Assembly (NCBI RefSeq): GCF_006345805.1
Contig: NC_043011.1
Span: 23,386,464 to 23,450,463 of the forward strand
Direction of reading: 5' to 3'
DNA: 64,000 nucleotides
From: Octopus sinensis
Taxonomy: Eukaryota
This document shows, piece after piece, positions 1 to 13,515 of the stretch (positions within the stretch are counted from its first letter, which is position 1; each line of letters starts with the position of its first letter). The notes under the pieces were generated by a model. It searched no databases, was not told the origin of the DNA, and worked only from the letters and a program-made list of their open reading frames with translations. The position numbers and the translations under genes are program-made.

Positions 1-618
1 TCTTTTTATGATTAAGATGTCCAGGAAGATGTTTGTGGCTGTATTCCACTGTGAACTGGATACTGTGGTTAATGCTGTTGGTTAAGTTTTTAAATTTTGA
101 GAGTTGTTCAAGGTTATGTGGCCACAGAATGAAACAGTCATCCAGGTAGCGTTTTCAGTTGGTGAGTAAGTATTTTTGGAAGTTGTCTCCAAATTTCAGT
201 CTTGCGATGTTCGTATATTTGGACTTCTAAGAATGCCATGACAAGGTTGGCAAAAGTAGGGGCTACCATCGTTCCCATCGCCGTGCCAGATTTTTGTCTA
301 TAAGTGTTCTCGTTGAAGTTGAAGAAGTTTTTCTGTAAGATGAATTTTATTCCTTCAACGATGAATTCTTCTTCGATTCGGTCAGGAATATCATTTGGGA
401 ACTTTTCCAGCCAACATTGTATCACTATTATTCCGTATTCGTGAGGAATCGAGGTGTAGAAGTTTGTTACTTGCTGGTTTTGTTCGGGAGATGGTTAAAA
501 AATTTAGATCATCCCTTATAAAGCTCCGTATATGTCGGAGAATAGGTTTAAGGAGGACGTCAGTAAAGTTACTGAGTCTGTGTGTCTCACACGAGGCACC
601 GGCCAGAACTGATCTCAT
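1..618 (-). mobile_element. Penelope-like element (PLE) reverse transcriptase fragment, frameshifted, runs off the left window edge
   Basis: Minus-strand frames give RSVLAGASCETHRLSNFTDVLLKPIL.HIRSFIRDD, YRQKSGTAMGTMVAPTFANL and RYLDDCFILW, which are PLE RT motifs. Confidence 0.85.
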
Positions 619-761
619 TTTGAGATCTCTTGGGTGTGGAATATATATATAACAAAAAGTAAATTATAAATTACGTTGCTCTCGATTGGATAAGATGAAT
701 GTATATAGGACTGCAGGAGAGAAGCGCTCAAATGATATTGAGCCAGAGACACATATCAATA

Positions 762-1523
762 ATATAATTTAAGAACAAACATCGAATTCAGGTTAACGAA
801 CATTATATATACACGCTTCTACACTTCACTACGTATAAATGATACCATGGCTTTCAAATGTAAAAGAAAAAAGAAACACCAGATAAAAATCATATATAAA
901 AAATATAAAATACACAGGACCTGCCCAAAAAACGTATATAAAAATCGACTAAAAATTATCTAAAAAAGATTATTACAGTAAGTAAATCGACAAAAAATTT
1001 AAAGAGAAAAGTATATAAAATAGTGTGCAACCTTTTGAAACTCTGTTCATCCTGACGAGAGGGTCATTGCCTAAGATGCGTATAGCGTGCATGGAGGCAA
1101 CGGCAATGAACTCCCGAAATGGCCATAGATGTTAGATGTTAAATTACCTTTTGGAATGATTCGCGAAAATGTGGATTAGTTACCCGATTGGAGTCATATC
1201 ATGCTCCTGCAATTATCATGGACTACGACTATATTGACTTTTACATTTTATATATATAATTTTCATAGTTGGGTATAATTTTATTTTATATACTTTTCTC
1301 TTTAAATTTTTAGTCGTTTTACTTACTGTGATAACCTTTGTTTAGATAATTTTTAGTCGATTATTATAAACGTTTTCTGGGCAGGTCCTGTGTATTTTAT
1401 ATTTCTCTATATATGATTTTTTGACATTTGAAAGTCATGGTATCATTTATATGTAATGAAGTGTAGAAGCATGGATATATAAAGTTCGTTAACCTGAATT
1501 CGATGTTTGTTCTTAAATTATAT
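762..1523. repeat. Diverged inverted repeat (arms ~762-1022 and ~1282-1523) around a hammerhead motif; PLE pseudo-LTR-like
   Basis: e.g. aagaacaaacatcgaattcaggttaacgaa vs ttcgttaacctgaattcgatgtttgttctt; acaggacctgccc vs gggcaggtcctgt. Confidence 0.8.
1047..1131 (+). ncRNA. Type I hammerhead ribozyme, minimal palindromic stem III
   Basis: catc-CTGACGA-(gagggtcattgcc...ggcaatgaactcc long stem II)-GAAA-tggcca-TA-gatg; stem I catc/gatg; cleavage triplet AUA. Confidence 0.75.
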
Positions 1524-1532
1524 ATATGTATA

Positions 1533-1563
<31 letters not shown>

Positions 1564-1649
1564 GTGAGAATTTACAAAAAAAGACGAAGACGGGGAGTGT
1601 TTAAACAACAAGCAGATGTATTAGTTTAACGCACGGGAAGTGAGAAAGT

Positions 1650-1686
1650 CTTTTACGTTTCGAGCCTACAACTCTTCGACAGAAAG
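1650..1686 (-). ncRNA. Hammerhead-like motif with A6U core variant
   Basis: Minus strand: cttt-CTGTCGA-a-gagttgtaggctc-GAAA-cg-TA-aaag. Confidence 0.45.
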
Positions 1687-1699
1687 GAACACAGAAATA

Positions 1700-1755
<56 letters not shown>

Positions 1756-1760
<5 letters not shown>

Positions 1761-2502
1761 ATAAATTTTTACAAATTTCACTACCAGTGGCCTAGCATGT
1801 ATAAAAAGTCAATAGACGACATATTATTCAATATAAAATCAATATAAAATAGTGTACGCAAAGAGAAATTACCTATAACAGGCAATTTCTACACGCTAGG
1901 AGACAGTCAAAATGACCGAAAAACCACAAATATAAGCAATTTCAAAGGGAATGAAAAAAAAAACTTTTACCTTGTTTTTACAGTGATTTTTTTAGTAAAT
2001 AAGATAATTTACTAAGCAAATTCTCTTCAGTAACCTTTTGTGTTTAAATGTGCACTATGTTATATTGAATAATATGTCGTCTATTGACTTTTTATACATA
2101 CTAGGCCACTGGTAGTGAAATTTGTAAAAATTTATTACCCTATATAGATATCTAAGTATCGATAATAGCTTTTGAAAGTTCGTTTCGGCATATTTTTTTA
2201 TTTAAGGCCGACTGAAACTGCGCTTGCGTAGTGGATTTTTAAAATATTATAACAGATAAAGATGAGACATGTGCTATTGGTCTCATGATTATAAGTTAGT
2301 CTTGGATGGCTCGGTTACTGATGAGGATTTGCCGAGTAAATTATCTTATTTACTAAAAAATCCGAAACCTATAGGTATAACAGTAAAAACATTTTCATTC
2401 CCTTTGAAATTGCTTATATTTTGTGGCTTTTCGGTCGTTTTGATTGTCTCCTAGCGTGTAGAAATTGCCTGTTATAGGTAATTTCTCTTGTGTTTAAATG
2501 TA

Positions 2503-2510
<8 letters not shown>
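1756..2510. repeat. Rearranged inverted-repeat block between (TA)n tracts, PLE pseudo-LTR-like
   Basis: ~1756-1840 is inverted at ~2055-2140; ~1860-1955 is inverted at ~2390-2490; a partial inverted copy of the 2314 hammerhead lies at ~1985-2035. Confidence 0.75.
2314..2381 (+). ncRNA. Type I hammerhead ribozyme, canonical core
   Basis: gtta-CTGATGA-ggattt...aaatcc-GAAA-cctatagg-TA-taac; stem I gtta/taac; palindromic stem III acctataggt; GUA site. Confidence 0.85.
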
Positions 2511-2543
<33 letters not shown>

Positions 2544-2612
2544 AGACAAAATGAGATAACAAAACCAAGACTGTGAGTTTTCAGAACATTTATAAGGAAA
2601 AAAATATAGATA

Positions 2613-2664
2613 TTATCTTACAGCTGTTTCTAGGATATTATGGATATCCCTTCATCAGGGACGA
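2613..2664 (-). ncRNA. Hammerhead-like motif with weak stem I
   Basis: Minus strand: CTGATGA-a-gggatat-ccata-atatcct-a-GAAA-cagctg-TA; stem I pairs poorly. Confidence 0.5.
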
Positions 2665-3218
2665 TGTGAGATGATTACAGGTAAATATTTGAGTTCGAAA
2701 TAAACAATATATATAAATAGGTATGTGTGTGTGAGTCTGTGCCTATACACACATGCACAAACAAGTAGGTCGAGCAACTACCCAGAAGCTATAGTTCTTT
2801 ACTCAGCCACGAACATTTGTCAAATGTTGGTGTTTCTACATTAATATGCTTCTCCACACACACACACACACACACACGCACACACACACACACACACACA
2901 CTACATACACACATACGCAGAAACAAACAAAGAGGTATACACAATCATACATACACACATACACATATATTCACATACATACACACATAACTACCATGTA
3001 TACTCGTGTAATAGTCGATCTCTTATAAAAGTCAAGCTCCTATTTTGGGCCCAAAATTTGGGAATTTTCCATAGACCTCGTATAAAAGTCGACTCTAGTA
3101 TTTCACGAACAGGACAACATTTTGGGGTTAAGGTACTGTATTATTATGTACGTAGAAATAGCACTGTTACGAAATTGTGCGGCTACCTTACTGTAGCCTG
3201 CTCTATGCTTGGTGCTTA

Positions 3219-3613
3219 TCTTTATATATAAAAGTGAAGTTGAGTGTCTGTCTCCTACGATTTAGATTCCTAACTACTCCCACATTTTGCGGTGCAGTTT
3301 AACCAAAACCGGGTATCTTACAGTCGTGATTCATATCGAGCCATTCTGGGTATTAGGGCGCGTCTACGATGAGTCTACGATTTAAAAAAAAATTACCATC
3401 ATTTTTTTCCATTTTAATGCATTTTTTCGCTATTATATAAGGGAAGTAACTCTCTAAAAATGTCTACAATGAGTCAACGATTAAAAAAAATTTACCATCA
3501 TTTTTTTTCCATTCTTAATGCATTTTTTGGCTATTTTTTGGCTATAACTCTCTAAAAATGCTTATATAGTTATTTCCCTTACAAACCCGAGCAACGCCGG
3601 GCGATACTGCTAG
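3219..3613 (+). mobile_element. Non-autonomous Helitron-like element (~395 bp)
   Basis: Starts TC (tctttatatataaaag); ends with GC hairpin cccgagcaacgccggg then CTAG; inserted between A and T; no TSD. Confidence 0.65.
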
Positions 3614-3902
3614 TATATATATAAAGGTTTAGAGTTTTCATACGAGTAAATTTATATTGAAAAACTAAAGGAAAATGCTTTGAGAACTTTACCATGGATC
3701 ACCATTCATGTGAACTTCCAGTACTGATCATGAAAGATAGATGTAATTCATTTAAATTCATTTTCCCTCTTTGTTTCAGCATAACTAAATCGCTTTTCTA
3801 ACGATTAGCATATTATGTTTAACGATAGCATATTATGCTTTAAAAGTGCAAATGTTTCTATCTTTTATCCATGATAAAGTTCTGAAAGCCTTTTGTTTTT
3901 GA

Positions 3903-3938
<36 letters not shown>

Positions 3939-4347
3939 TGTGCGTGCGTGTGTGTTAATTGATAAAATTGATAAAATTGATAGAGCGTCAGACGAAATAT
4001 CTTGCTGTGTCTATTCTGTTTTTATTGACATGGTATTTGTTTTGTGTCACCACTAAGATCATTGGGTACCGGCCTTGGCCTTTCCTTTGAACAACATGGG
4101 GTAACATGGAGGAGACGGAAGATATGTATATATTCGTAACAGCTAATCTTTCACGATATTTTTCCCATGCCTGGCCTTGGGGAAGAACTGATGTGTAGGT
4201 GAGGAAAATTGGGTGCACAGCTACGATGAAGAAACACAATTATAGATGTCACAGTCCGTTGAATCACTGTTGCTGTATCCAAAAAGAGCAACGTTGATGT
4301 CGCTCAAGTGTGAATGTGACGTTAGGGCGACGTCTAGTATATAATAT

Positions 4348-4416
<69 letters not shown>

Positions 4417-4460
4417 GTAAGCATAAACTATAATATACTCTATATATAATTATATACATA

Positions 4461-5683
4461 CAGTGTACGTAAGATATTTGAGGACAGATTTATGTTTATT
4501 TAAAAAAAAAACAGATATATAACCACAGATAACTTTATTTATCAAAAAATGCCACGAGGATAAACCTTTTCTATAATGTTATTCGATAAAGCTACCTTCA
4601 GCTTCAATAATTGGTTCTATATGAGATCTAAATCACCTACATACTCGAATCAAATGGTTTTGGTTCATTTTGTCATACTCTGACTATGGTAGCTTTCAAA
4701 GGATCTTTGGTGTTATGGGCATATTCATTGACCTCTCTCTCAACAGCGCTCCACATGTAATAGTCCAATGAATTGAGATCTGAGGAATTAGGTGGCCAAA
4801 TGTTAGGATGTGATCATGAAAATTTTCAACCACCCATGCCTGTGTTACTAGAGCCATGTGTGATATTGAAGAGTCTTACTAAAACACTTATTGCATACAC
4901 TGTCTATCCAGGGCTTAAGAATTATTTCTAAGACCCCGATGTAGGCGGCAGAGTTAACTCTAAGGACTTGTGGAAAGAAGTAATGTGGCATCACATGTCC
5001 TGAATTGCCGCCAACCTCTAAAACCAAGACCGTTGCAGGAAATTTTGTATGCATAACACTTAGAACTTCAGAAGGGTCTGCACAAAACGATCTGTCATTT
5101 CTTCTGTTAACTTTTTGATCTTGGTCGAAGTTTTTCTCGTTTGAGAAAACAAATAAAATCTTCTGCTGGATTTTTCAGTTTATATAAGAGCATTTTATAT
5201 CTGATGTAGTGATTTTCTTTTGTTTTTTTCTGACAAATTGACCATTCCTTATCATATAAGATTTATATCTGATGTCTTCGTGGACATCATTTCTGACTGT
5301 TCCTTCTCACACATGGAGATCTTTTGCAATTGACCTCATGAACTTTCTGGAATTGTAATCAATGGTCTGGTGAACTTGCTGGATAAATTCAGGTATTCTG
5401 ATGATTTCAGAGCGTTTAGAATGCTTTTTATGTTTTGATACTGGTGATACGTTTCCATCTTCAGTCTCTAGTTCCTTACAAACTTTGTAGATGAAAGATC
5501 TGGCAACATTTAAAGATCGAGATATTTCTAAATCGCTATGCTCAGCCTTTATAACCACAATAACAGCATGCCTCTTCATTTCTTGAATAAGCTGAGGGTC
5601 TGCAATTTTCTGACACAAAGATTATACAGAGTTAGCAAAAATGCAGCAAAGACGGTATGTCCTCAAATACCTTACGCACCCTG
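4461..5683 (-). mobile_element. Tc1/mariner maT-like DNA transposon, degenerate transposase
   Basis: TIRs CAG(T/G)GT(A/G)CGTAAG(A/G)TATTTGAGGACA with TA flanks; peptides KFPATVLVL...VMPHYFFPQVLRVNSAAY and an N-terminal HTH region. Confidence 0.85.
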
Positions 5684-5873
5684 TATATATAATTTATATA
5701 TGTATCTATTATATATCAATTTTAATTAGGTCCATTTTGCCAATATAGTCCTTTTATATATATTTATTACTAGAGCAACAAATAAGAGTTGATTATTAAA
5801 TTCTATTAGAGGTTAGGTATTAAACCAGTATTTTCCTTGGATGAAACAACCTCTAATCGAATGTATATATGTA

Positions 5874-5925
<52 letters not shown>

Positions 5926-5928
5926 GTG

Positions 5929-5959
<31 letters not shown>

Positions 5960-6038
5960 TGTGTGTGTATGTGTGTGTATATATACATATACATATATAC
6001 ATACACACACACATCACAAACACACACACACCACACAC

Positions 6039-6069
<31 letters not shown>

Positions 6070-6087
6070 CATGCACACACACATACA

Positions 6088-6206
<119 letters not shown>

Positions 6207-6250
6207 GTAAGCATAAACTATAATATACTCTATATATAATTATATACATA

Positions 6251-7473
6251 CAGTGTACGTAAGATATTTGAGGACAGATTTATGTTTATTAAAAAAAAAA
6301 ACAGATATATAACCACAGATAACTTTATTTATCAAAAAATGCCACGAGGATAAACCTTTTCTATAATGTTATTCGATAAAGCTACCTTCAGCTTCAATAA
6401 TTGGTTCTATATGAGATCTAAATCACCTACATACTCGAATCAAATGGTTTTGGTTCATTTTGTCATACTCTGACTATGGTAGCTTTCAAAGGATCTTTGG
6501 TGTTATGGGCATATTCATTGACCTCTCTCTCAACAGCGCTCCACATGTAATAGTCCAATGAATTGAGATCTGAGGAATTAGGTGGCCAAATGTTAGGATG
6601 TGATCATGAAAATTTTCAACCACCCATGCCTGTGTTACTAGAGCCATGTGTGATATTGAAGAGTCTTACTAAAACACTTATTGCATACACTGTCTATCCA
6701 GGGCTTAAGAATTATTTTTAAGACCCCGATGTAGGCGGCAGAGTTAACTCTAAGGACTTGTGGAAAGAAGTAATGTGGCATCACATGTCCTGAATTGCCG
6801 CCAACCTCTAAAACCAAGACCGTTGCAGGAAATTTTGTATGCATAACACTTAGAACTTCAGAAGGGTCTGCACAAAACGATCTGTCATTTCTTCTGTTAA
6901 CTTTTTGATCTTGGTCGAAGTTTTTCTCGTTTGAGAAAACAAATAAAATCTTCTGCTGGATTTTTCAGTTTATATAAGAGCATTTTATATCTGATGTAGT
7001 GATTTTCTTTTGTTTTTTTCTGACAAATTGACCATTCCTTATCATATAAGATTTATATCTGATGTCTTCGTGGACATCATTTCTGACTGTTCCTTCTCAC
7101 ACATGGAGATCTTTTGCAATTGACCTCATGAACTTTCTGGAATTGTAATTAATGGTCTGGTGAACTTGCTGGATAAATTCAGGTATTCTGATGATTTCAG
7201 AGCGTTTAGAATGCTTTTTATGTTTTGATACTGGTGATACGTTTCCATCTTCAGTCTCTAGTTCCTTACAAACTTTGTAGATGAAAGATCTGGCAACATT
7301 TAAAGATCGAGATATTTCTAAATCGCTATGCTCAGCCTTTATAACCACAATAACAGCATGCCTCTTCATTTCTTGAATAAGCTGAGGGTCTGCAATTTTC
7401 TGACACAAAGATTATACAGAGTTAGCAAAAATGCAGCAAAGACGGTATGTCCTCAAATACCTTACGCACCCTG
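6251..7473 (-). mobile_element. Second copy of the 4461-5683 maT-like transposon
   Basis: Same TIRs and body at offset 1790. Confidence 0.85.
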
Positions 7474-7663
7474 TATATATAATTTATATATGTATCTATT
7501 ATATATCAATTTTAATTAGGTCCATTTTGCCAATATAGTCCTTTTATATATATTTATTACTAGAGCAACAAATAAGAGTTGATTATTAAATTCTATTAGA
7601 GGTTAGGTATTAAACCAGTATTTTCCTTGGATGAAACAACCTCTAATCGAATGTATATATGTA

Positions 7664-7761
<98 letters not shown>

Positions 7762-7805
7762 TGTATATATACATATACATATATACATACACACACACAT
7801 CACAA

Positions 7806-7860
<55 letters not shown>

Positions 7861-7878
7861 CATGCACACACACATACA

Positions 7879-8190
<312 letters not shown>

Positions 8191-8194
8191 AAAA

Positions 8195-8248
<54 letters not shown>

Positions 8249-8271
8249 CATATGCATATGCATATGTCATA

Positions 8272-8829
8272 CCCTAATAGTAGAAGGAACCTGTGGAAGA
8301 GGTAGACCCAGGAAGACCTGGGATAAGGTGGTGAAGCACGACCTTCGAACATTGGGCCTCACCGAGGCAATGACAAGTGACCGAGATCTTTGGAGATATA
8401 CTGTGAAGACCCGGCAAGCCAAGTAAGACTATAACCGTGGCCGATAACAGTATCGCCTGATTGGTCCAGTGCCAGTAGCACCTTAAAAGCACCATTCGAG
8501 CGTGATCGTTGCCAGTGTCGCCAGACTGGTTCCTGTGCCGGCGGCACGTAAAAGACACCATTCGAGCGTGGTCATTGCCAGTGCTGCCTGACTGGCTCCT
8601 GTGCCGGTGGCACGTAAAAAGCACCATTTGAGCGTGGTCGATGCTAGTACCGCCTGACTGGCCCTCGTGCCGGTGGCACGTAAAAAGCTCCAACAACTCT
8701 CTCGGAAGGGCATCCAGCAAGATCAGATTAGAGATTGCTGCAGCCTTCTGGCTCAACAGCCCTCAGGCTCAACAGCCCTCAGTCAAACTGTCCAACCCAT
8801 GCCAGGATGGAAAGCGGACATTAAACAAC

Positions 8830-8861
<32 letters not shown>

Positions 8862-8884
8862 TGATGATGATGATGATGATGATG

Positions 8885-8886
<2 letters not shown>
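8272..8886 (+). mobile_element. RTE-clade LINE 3' end with (GAC/GAT)n tail
   Basis: Translates LIVEGTCGRGRPRKTWDKVVKHDLRTLGL...DRDLWR (RTE ORF C-terminus), then ~66-bp tandem UTR units and the (GAT)n tail. Confidence 0.8.
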
Positions 8887-8940
<54 letters not shown>

Positions 8941-8943
8941 GTA

Positions 8944-10040
8944 CAGGGTGAACTGAATATATTGTTGTCGTCTAAATTACGCAAAAATTACATAAAAATA
9001 TCTTAAAATACCAAAGAGTTAATTTATTCAATAAAATCGCCATTGGCTTCAACTACGGCCACCAGACGACTTCGGAATCTCCTGCAACTCTTCTGCTTAA
9101 GTTGGTAAATGCTGCCATAATCCTTAGCTTCAGTTCCTCTTTGATGTTACAAGGAGTTTTGTTGGTCTCTCGCTCAGCTGCGCCCCATGCATAATACTCA
9201 AAGGGGTTGCAAGTCTGGGGAGTTAGGTGGCCAGATGTTTGGGGTGATGTGGTTGCAGAAATTGTCTGACAGCCATCACTGGGTTTTCCTGCTTGTGTAG
9301 CATGGTACAGAGTCTTGTTGCTAGAGATAGGGTATTGTAACAGTCACCCTCTTGACTCACGGTAGCACTACCTCCTCCAGGTACTGTGTTAAGTCTGAGG
9401 CCGTGTGGGAAGATGAATAGAGGCATAACGTCGCCATCAATAATGATCACTCCAAACACCATGATGTTGACTGGATGTTTCATTTTTATTACTCTCGGTA
9501 CATAACGGTCCTTCTGTGTGTTCACCATCTGATCCTCGCAGAAATATTTGTCGCCTGAGAAAAACTAAAACATGTTCGGTTGGAGGGGATGCTTGAGTTT
9601 GTTCAAATGCTTCGTAGCATGGTCTTACTTCTAGTCCTTGGTGGCTTGGGGTAAAAATTGGCCCTTTCTCATCTTGTGTGAGGAATACTGAATATCTTCA
9701 TGCACTACCTGCCTGATAAGAAACTCAGACACTCCCATGTCCCTGGCAATGGACCTGATTGACTTGGAGGGATCGTTATCAATCATAGCCTGGATCTCAC
9801 CAACAAATTCAGGAGCTGTTTTCTTATCAGAACGATCAGAGTGAGTTTTCCGAGCTGCCATACTTTCATAATCACCATTATACTCACCAAACTCTTTCCA
9901 AATCATTTGCACTGTCCTCAGATTGACACCCAAACACTCTGAAATGTTCGTATCGGACCTTCCTGCGCGAATGCCAAGCTGTACAGCATGTGGTTTACAA
10001 ATTCCTGGTAGAGTAGATTGCGTCATGGTGCTGGATGTAT
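8944..10040 (-). mobile_element. maT-like Tc1/mariner transposon, one end missing
   Basis: TA-CAGGGTG terminus at 8944; peptides KHPVNIMVFGVIIIDGDVMPLFIFPHGLRLN and NDPSKSIRSIARDMGVSEF; no matching TIR found on the right. Confidence 0.8.
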
Positions 10041-10605
10041 TGAGGTCTTAAGAAAGGCGGTACGAATAAAAATGTTTGGGGCATGGACAAACAGAACCAC
10101 AATAACTCCCAGACACGAAACAACTTCCGTGCCCTAGCTACCTTACTCTACGAATATGGGCACAGTGATTTTTTTTCTCGAAGTTGAAATCCATCCTGAA
10201 AGTTCACTGATACCAGACGACAGAAGGCAGCGAAGGAGATGCGATACGAGAAATACGCACCGCGCCTGAAAACGCGCTCTGCAGGGCAGGCGTTCCAAGA
10301 CTAAGGGAAAAAAATACATTGGAAAGCATGTAACAATCGTAATAAAAGGGGAATAATTTAAAGAAGGCAAGTTTAATTAAACTGTGAAGCAACAATATTC
10401 TTTCATTTTTTTTTTTAATCCCGTTTCTTTTTTGTTTTATTTTTGGCGAGGGACAGACTTTGTGTATATTGTCAGAAAGTTTAGTAGCATCGCAGGAATC
10501 AGGATATCGACTGCTGTCTGTGACAGTCATTTTCCAAGCAAAGAAAGATGCTAGTTGCCGCAGCTACTGAGCTGTGGTGCGGCTAAAGTGTGCATGGAAT
10601 GTATG

Positions 10606-11466
10606 TATGTATGTATGTATGTTTGTATGTATGTATGTATGTATGGATGGATGGATGGATGGATGGATGGATGGATGACTTATATATGTATTTATGTATG
10701 TATTTATGTATGTATGTATGTATGTATGGATGGATGGATGGATGGATGACTTATGTATGTATTTATGTATGCATTTATGTATGCATGTATGTATGTATGC
10801 ATTTATGTATGCATGTATGTATGTATGTATGTATGTATGTATGTATGTATGTATGTATGTATGTATGTATGTATGGATGGATGGATGGATGGAAGGATGG
10901 ATGGATGGATGGATGGATGGATGGATGGATGGGTGGATGGATGGATGGATGGATGGATGGATGGGTGGATGGACGGATGGACGGATGGATGGATGGATAG
11001 ATGATTTTTCTTTGAGTTTATTTAAGTTCTTCTTGAGAAAATTCAAGCCGGTCGCTAACAAAGCAACAAGACTTTTTTAGTTCTCGGGAGTTCTCGGTGT
11101 CTGTAAGCATGTGGTTGAGTTGGTGTGTTGGTTGAACTGTCGATACATAGACCCAGGTGTGTGCATCTATTCACATAAGAATCTCAGATGGAGAATTTTT
11201 GGAATGCTTCACAAATCTCCACTGTGCCATTAATAGATTGTATTTGGAGAATCAGCATCAGTTTTTTTTAGTCTTTCTCCATGAAATCGAGTATTTCTAG
11301 GTTTTTGAGCAAATTTGTTGTATGGATGGATGGATGGATGGATGGATGGATGGATGGATGGATGGATGGATGGATGGATGGATTGATAGATGGATGGATG
11401 GATGGATGGATGGATGGATGGATGGATGGATGGATAGATGGATGGATGGATGGATGGATGGATGGA
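10606..11466. repeat. Compound tetranucleotide microsatellites (ATGT)n/(GGAT)n
   Basis: Direct reading; two blocks separated by ~300 bp of unique sequence. Confidence 0.95.
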
Positions 11467-11764
11467 TAAGTATGTGTCCTGAGTATGAATTTATACTGCA
11501 ACCGGTAGTGGGGCCCTGACACAGGAGTTCCAGGGTTTTGAACTACCTCTTAAGCACCATTGTTCTCAGGTCTACGCTGACCTAGTAGTAACATTTTTTG
11601 GGGTCTCAGCAATGGGTTAAATTAGCATGAGGACCACTGGCAGTGAAGGATATCTAGTTCTCCTTAGAACTTTCTACTAGGAGAAGGTAAGCTCGTATGA
11701 AAAAACCTTAAAGTAGTTGGTTTCTAGTCGTCTCGACCTCTGTTTTGCCGCTAGTTTTATAATT

Positions 11765-12165
11765 CTTTTCTACTCTAGGTACAAGGCCCGAATTTTTTTA
11801 GGAGGGGAAGTCGATTAGATCGACCCCAGTACGCAACTGGTACTTGATTTATCGACCCCGAAAGGATGAAAGGCAAAGTCGACCTCGGCGGAATTTGAAC
11901 TCAGAACGTAAAGACAGACGAAATACCTATTTCTTTACCATCCATAAGGGGTTAAACACAGAGAGGACAAACAAGGACAGACACAAGGATTAAGTCGATT
12001 ACATCGACCCCAGTGCGTAACTGGTACTTATTTAATCGACCCCGAAAGGATGAAAGGCAAAGTCGACCTCGGTGGAATTTGAACTCAGAACGTAACGGCA
12101 GACGAAATGCCGCTAAGCATTTCGCCCGGCGTGCTAACGTTTCTGCCAGCTCACCACCTTCCGCT
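11765..12165 (-). mobile_element. Two tandem tRNA-derived SINE copies with a conserved core
   Basis: Minus strand: gttctgagttcaaattcc(a/g)ccgaggtcgactttgcctttcatcctttcggggtcgat...aagtaccag, present twice. Confidence 0.75.
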
Positions 12166-12615
12166 AGTTTTATAATTGACTGCACGGAAAAGTGGGTTCA
12201 ATGCTGTGCAACACAATCCACTCAAAAACAAAACGCATGGGAACTCCTTGAACTCTCGAAACGTTTACACGAACTTAACTGAATATAAATAGTGGTCTTA
12301 GTCAATCATGAGTCCGCTAGGTGTATAAGTATGTATGTGTGTGCGTATGTGTGTATGCGCGCGTGCGCGTGTTCAAAAGGGGGTTCAAACCGAGGTCCAA
12401 ATTATTTTTACATACAAGGTCGAGTTTTTCAATCTTAATATCGAAGCAAACATAATAATAACACTGCGTAACACGATTTTTGTCCTTGAGCAGCAACTGT
12501 TACCATCGCTTAATGGAAAACAGGTCGCATGAGACATGGATCATCGTCAGGAGGGTTGCATTACAGTAAAACAAAATATTTCAAGCTGATTTTTCGTTAG
12601 GCATACTATTCAGAG

Positions 12616-12876
12616 TGGAGGCGCGTGGTTTAGTGGTTAGGGTGTCAGCATCATGATTGTAAGAGTGTGGTTTCGATTCCTGGACCGGGCGACGCGTTGT
12701 GTTCTTGAGCAAAACACTTCATTTCACGTTGCTCCAGTCCACTCAGCTGGCAAAAATGAGTAACGCTGCGATGGACTGGCGTCCCGTCCTGCTGGGGAAC
12801 ACATACGCCATAGAAACCGGGAAACCGGTCCCATGAGCCTGGCTAGGCTTTAAAAGGGCGCATTTATTTATTTATT
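12616..12876 (+). mobile_element. tRNA-derived SINE with CORE-like and V-like segments and a 12-bp TSD
   Basis: TSD atactattcaga at 12603-12614 and 12877-12888; internal tgttcttgagcaaaacacttca and gctgcgatggactggcgtcccgtcc; (ATTT)n tail. Confidence 0.85.
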
Positions 12877-13332
12877 ATACTATTCAGAATGTTCTGTGGT
12901 TCGCAGTTTGGCCACGACTCGTTCAAAGTATGAAAAATGGCTAATATTTCCTTCAAACTTTACATTTGTTACACTTATTCAAATCCCAGAGAAACCCTCT
13001 CAAAACTTGGCTATGATGCTCCCCCCCTACTCCAGCAAGTGATTATGGTCAAGCCGCTGATAAGCAAATCCGTGGAATTGAGCAGAATGTTTGTTAGAAC
13101 GAGATTTCTGTTTCAGCAACTCTGCGCTGAATCTGTTTCAAACGTAATGGAAAACAGGACGGTTTCAAAACTTTGATGTTCAGATCACAAATGCAAAGTT
13201 TGAAGGGTATAATTGTAATTTCCTTTTATTTCTAGATAAAGGCAAGTAGGAAATAACACTTACTGACCAAAGACAAAACAAAGTAAAAAAATTTCACACT
13301 CTAATTATTATTATTACAGTTGTACAATTAAG

Positions 13333-13515
13333 GGGGCGAGCTGGCAGAATTGCTAGCACGCTGGACAGAATGCTTAGCGCCATTTCGTCTATCTACGTTC
13401 TGAGCTCAAATTCCACCGAGGTCGACATGACCTTTCATCCTTTTGGGGTGAATGTAATTGACTTACACCCTCCCTTACAATTGCTGGCTTTGTTCCAAAA
13501 TTTGAAACCGTTATT
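13333..13515 (+). mobile_element. tRNA-derived SINE, same family as 11765-12165
   Basis: gagctggcagaa...gttctgagctcaaattccaccgaggtcgac...cctttcatcc. Confidence 0.7.

Noticed and set aside
2180-2225. ggc...gccGAAAcg hairpin on the minus strand
   Set aside because: No CUGANGA-like segment and no UH site in register
3988-4340. Unique-looking minus-strand ORFs (83 aa and 67 aa)
   Set aside because: No recognisable motif, no convincing splice pair, and frames interrupted by stops
8480-8700. CRISPR-like array
   Set aside because: Contiguous tandem units without unique spacers, part of an RTE 3' UTR, in eukaryotic DNA
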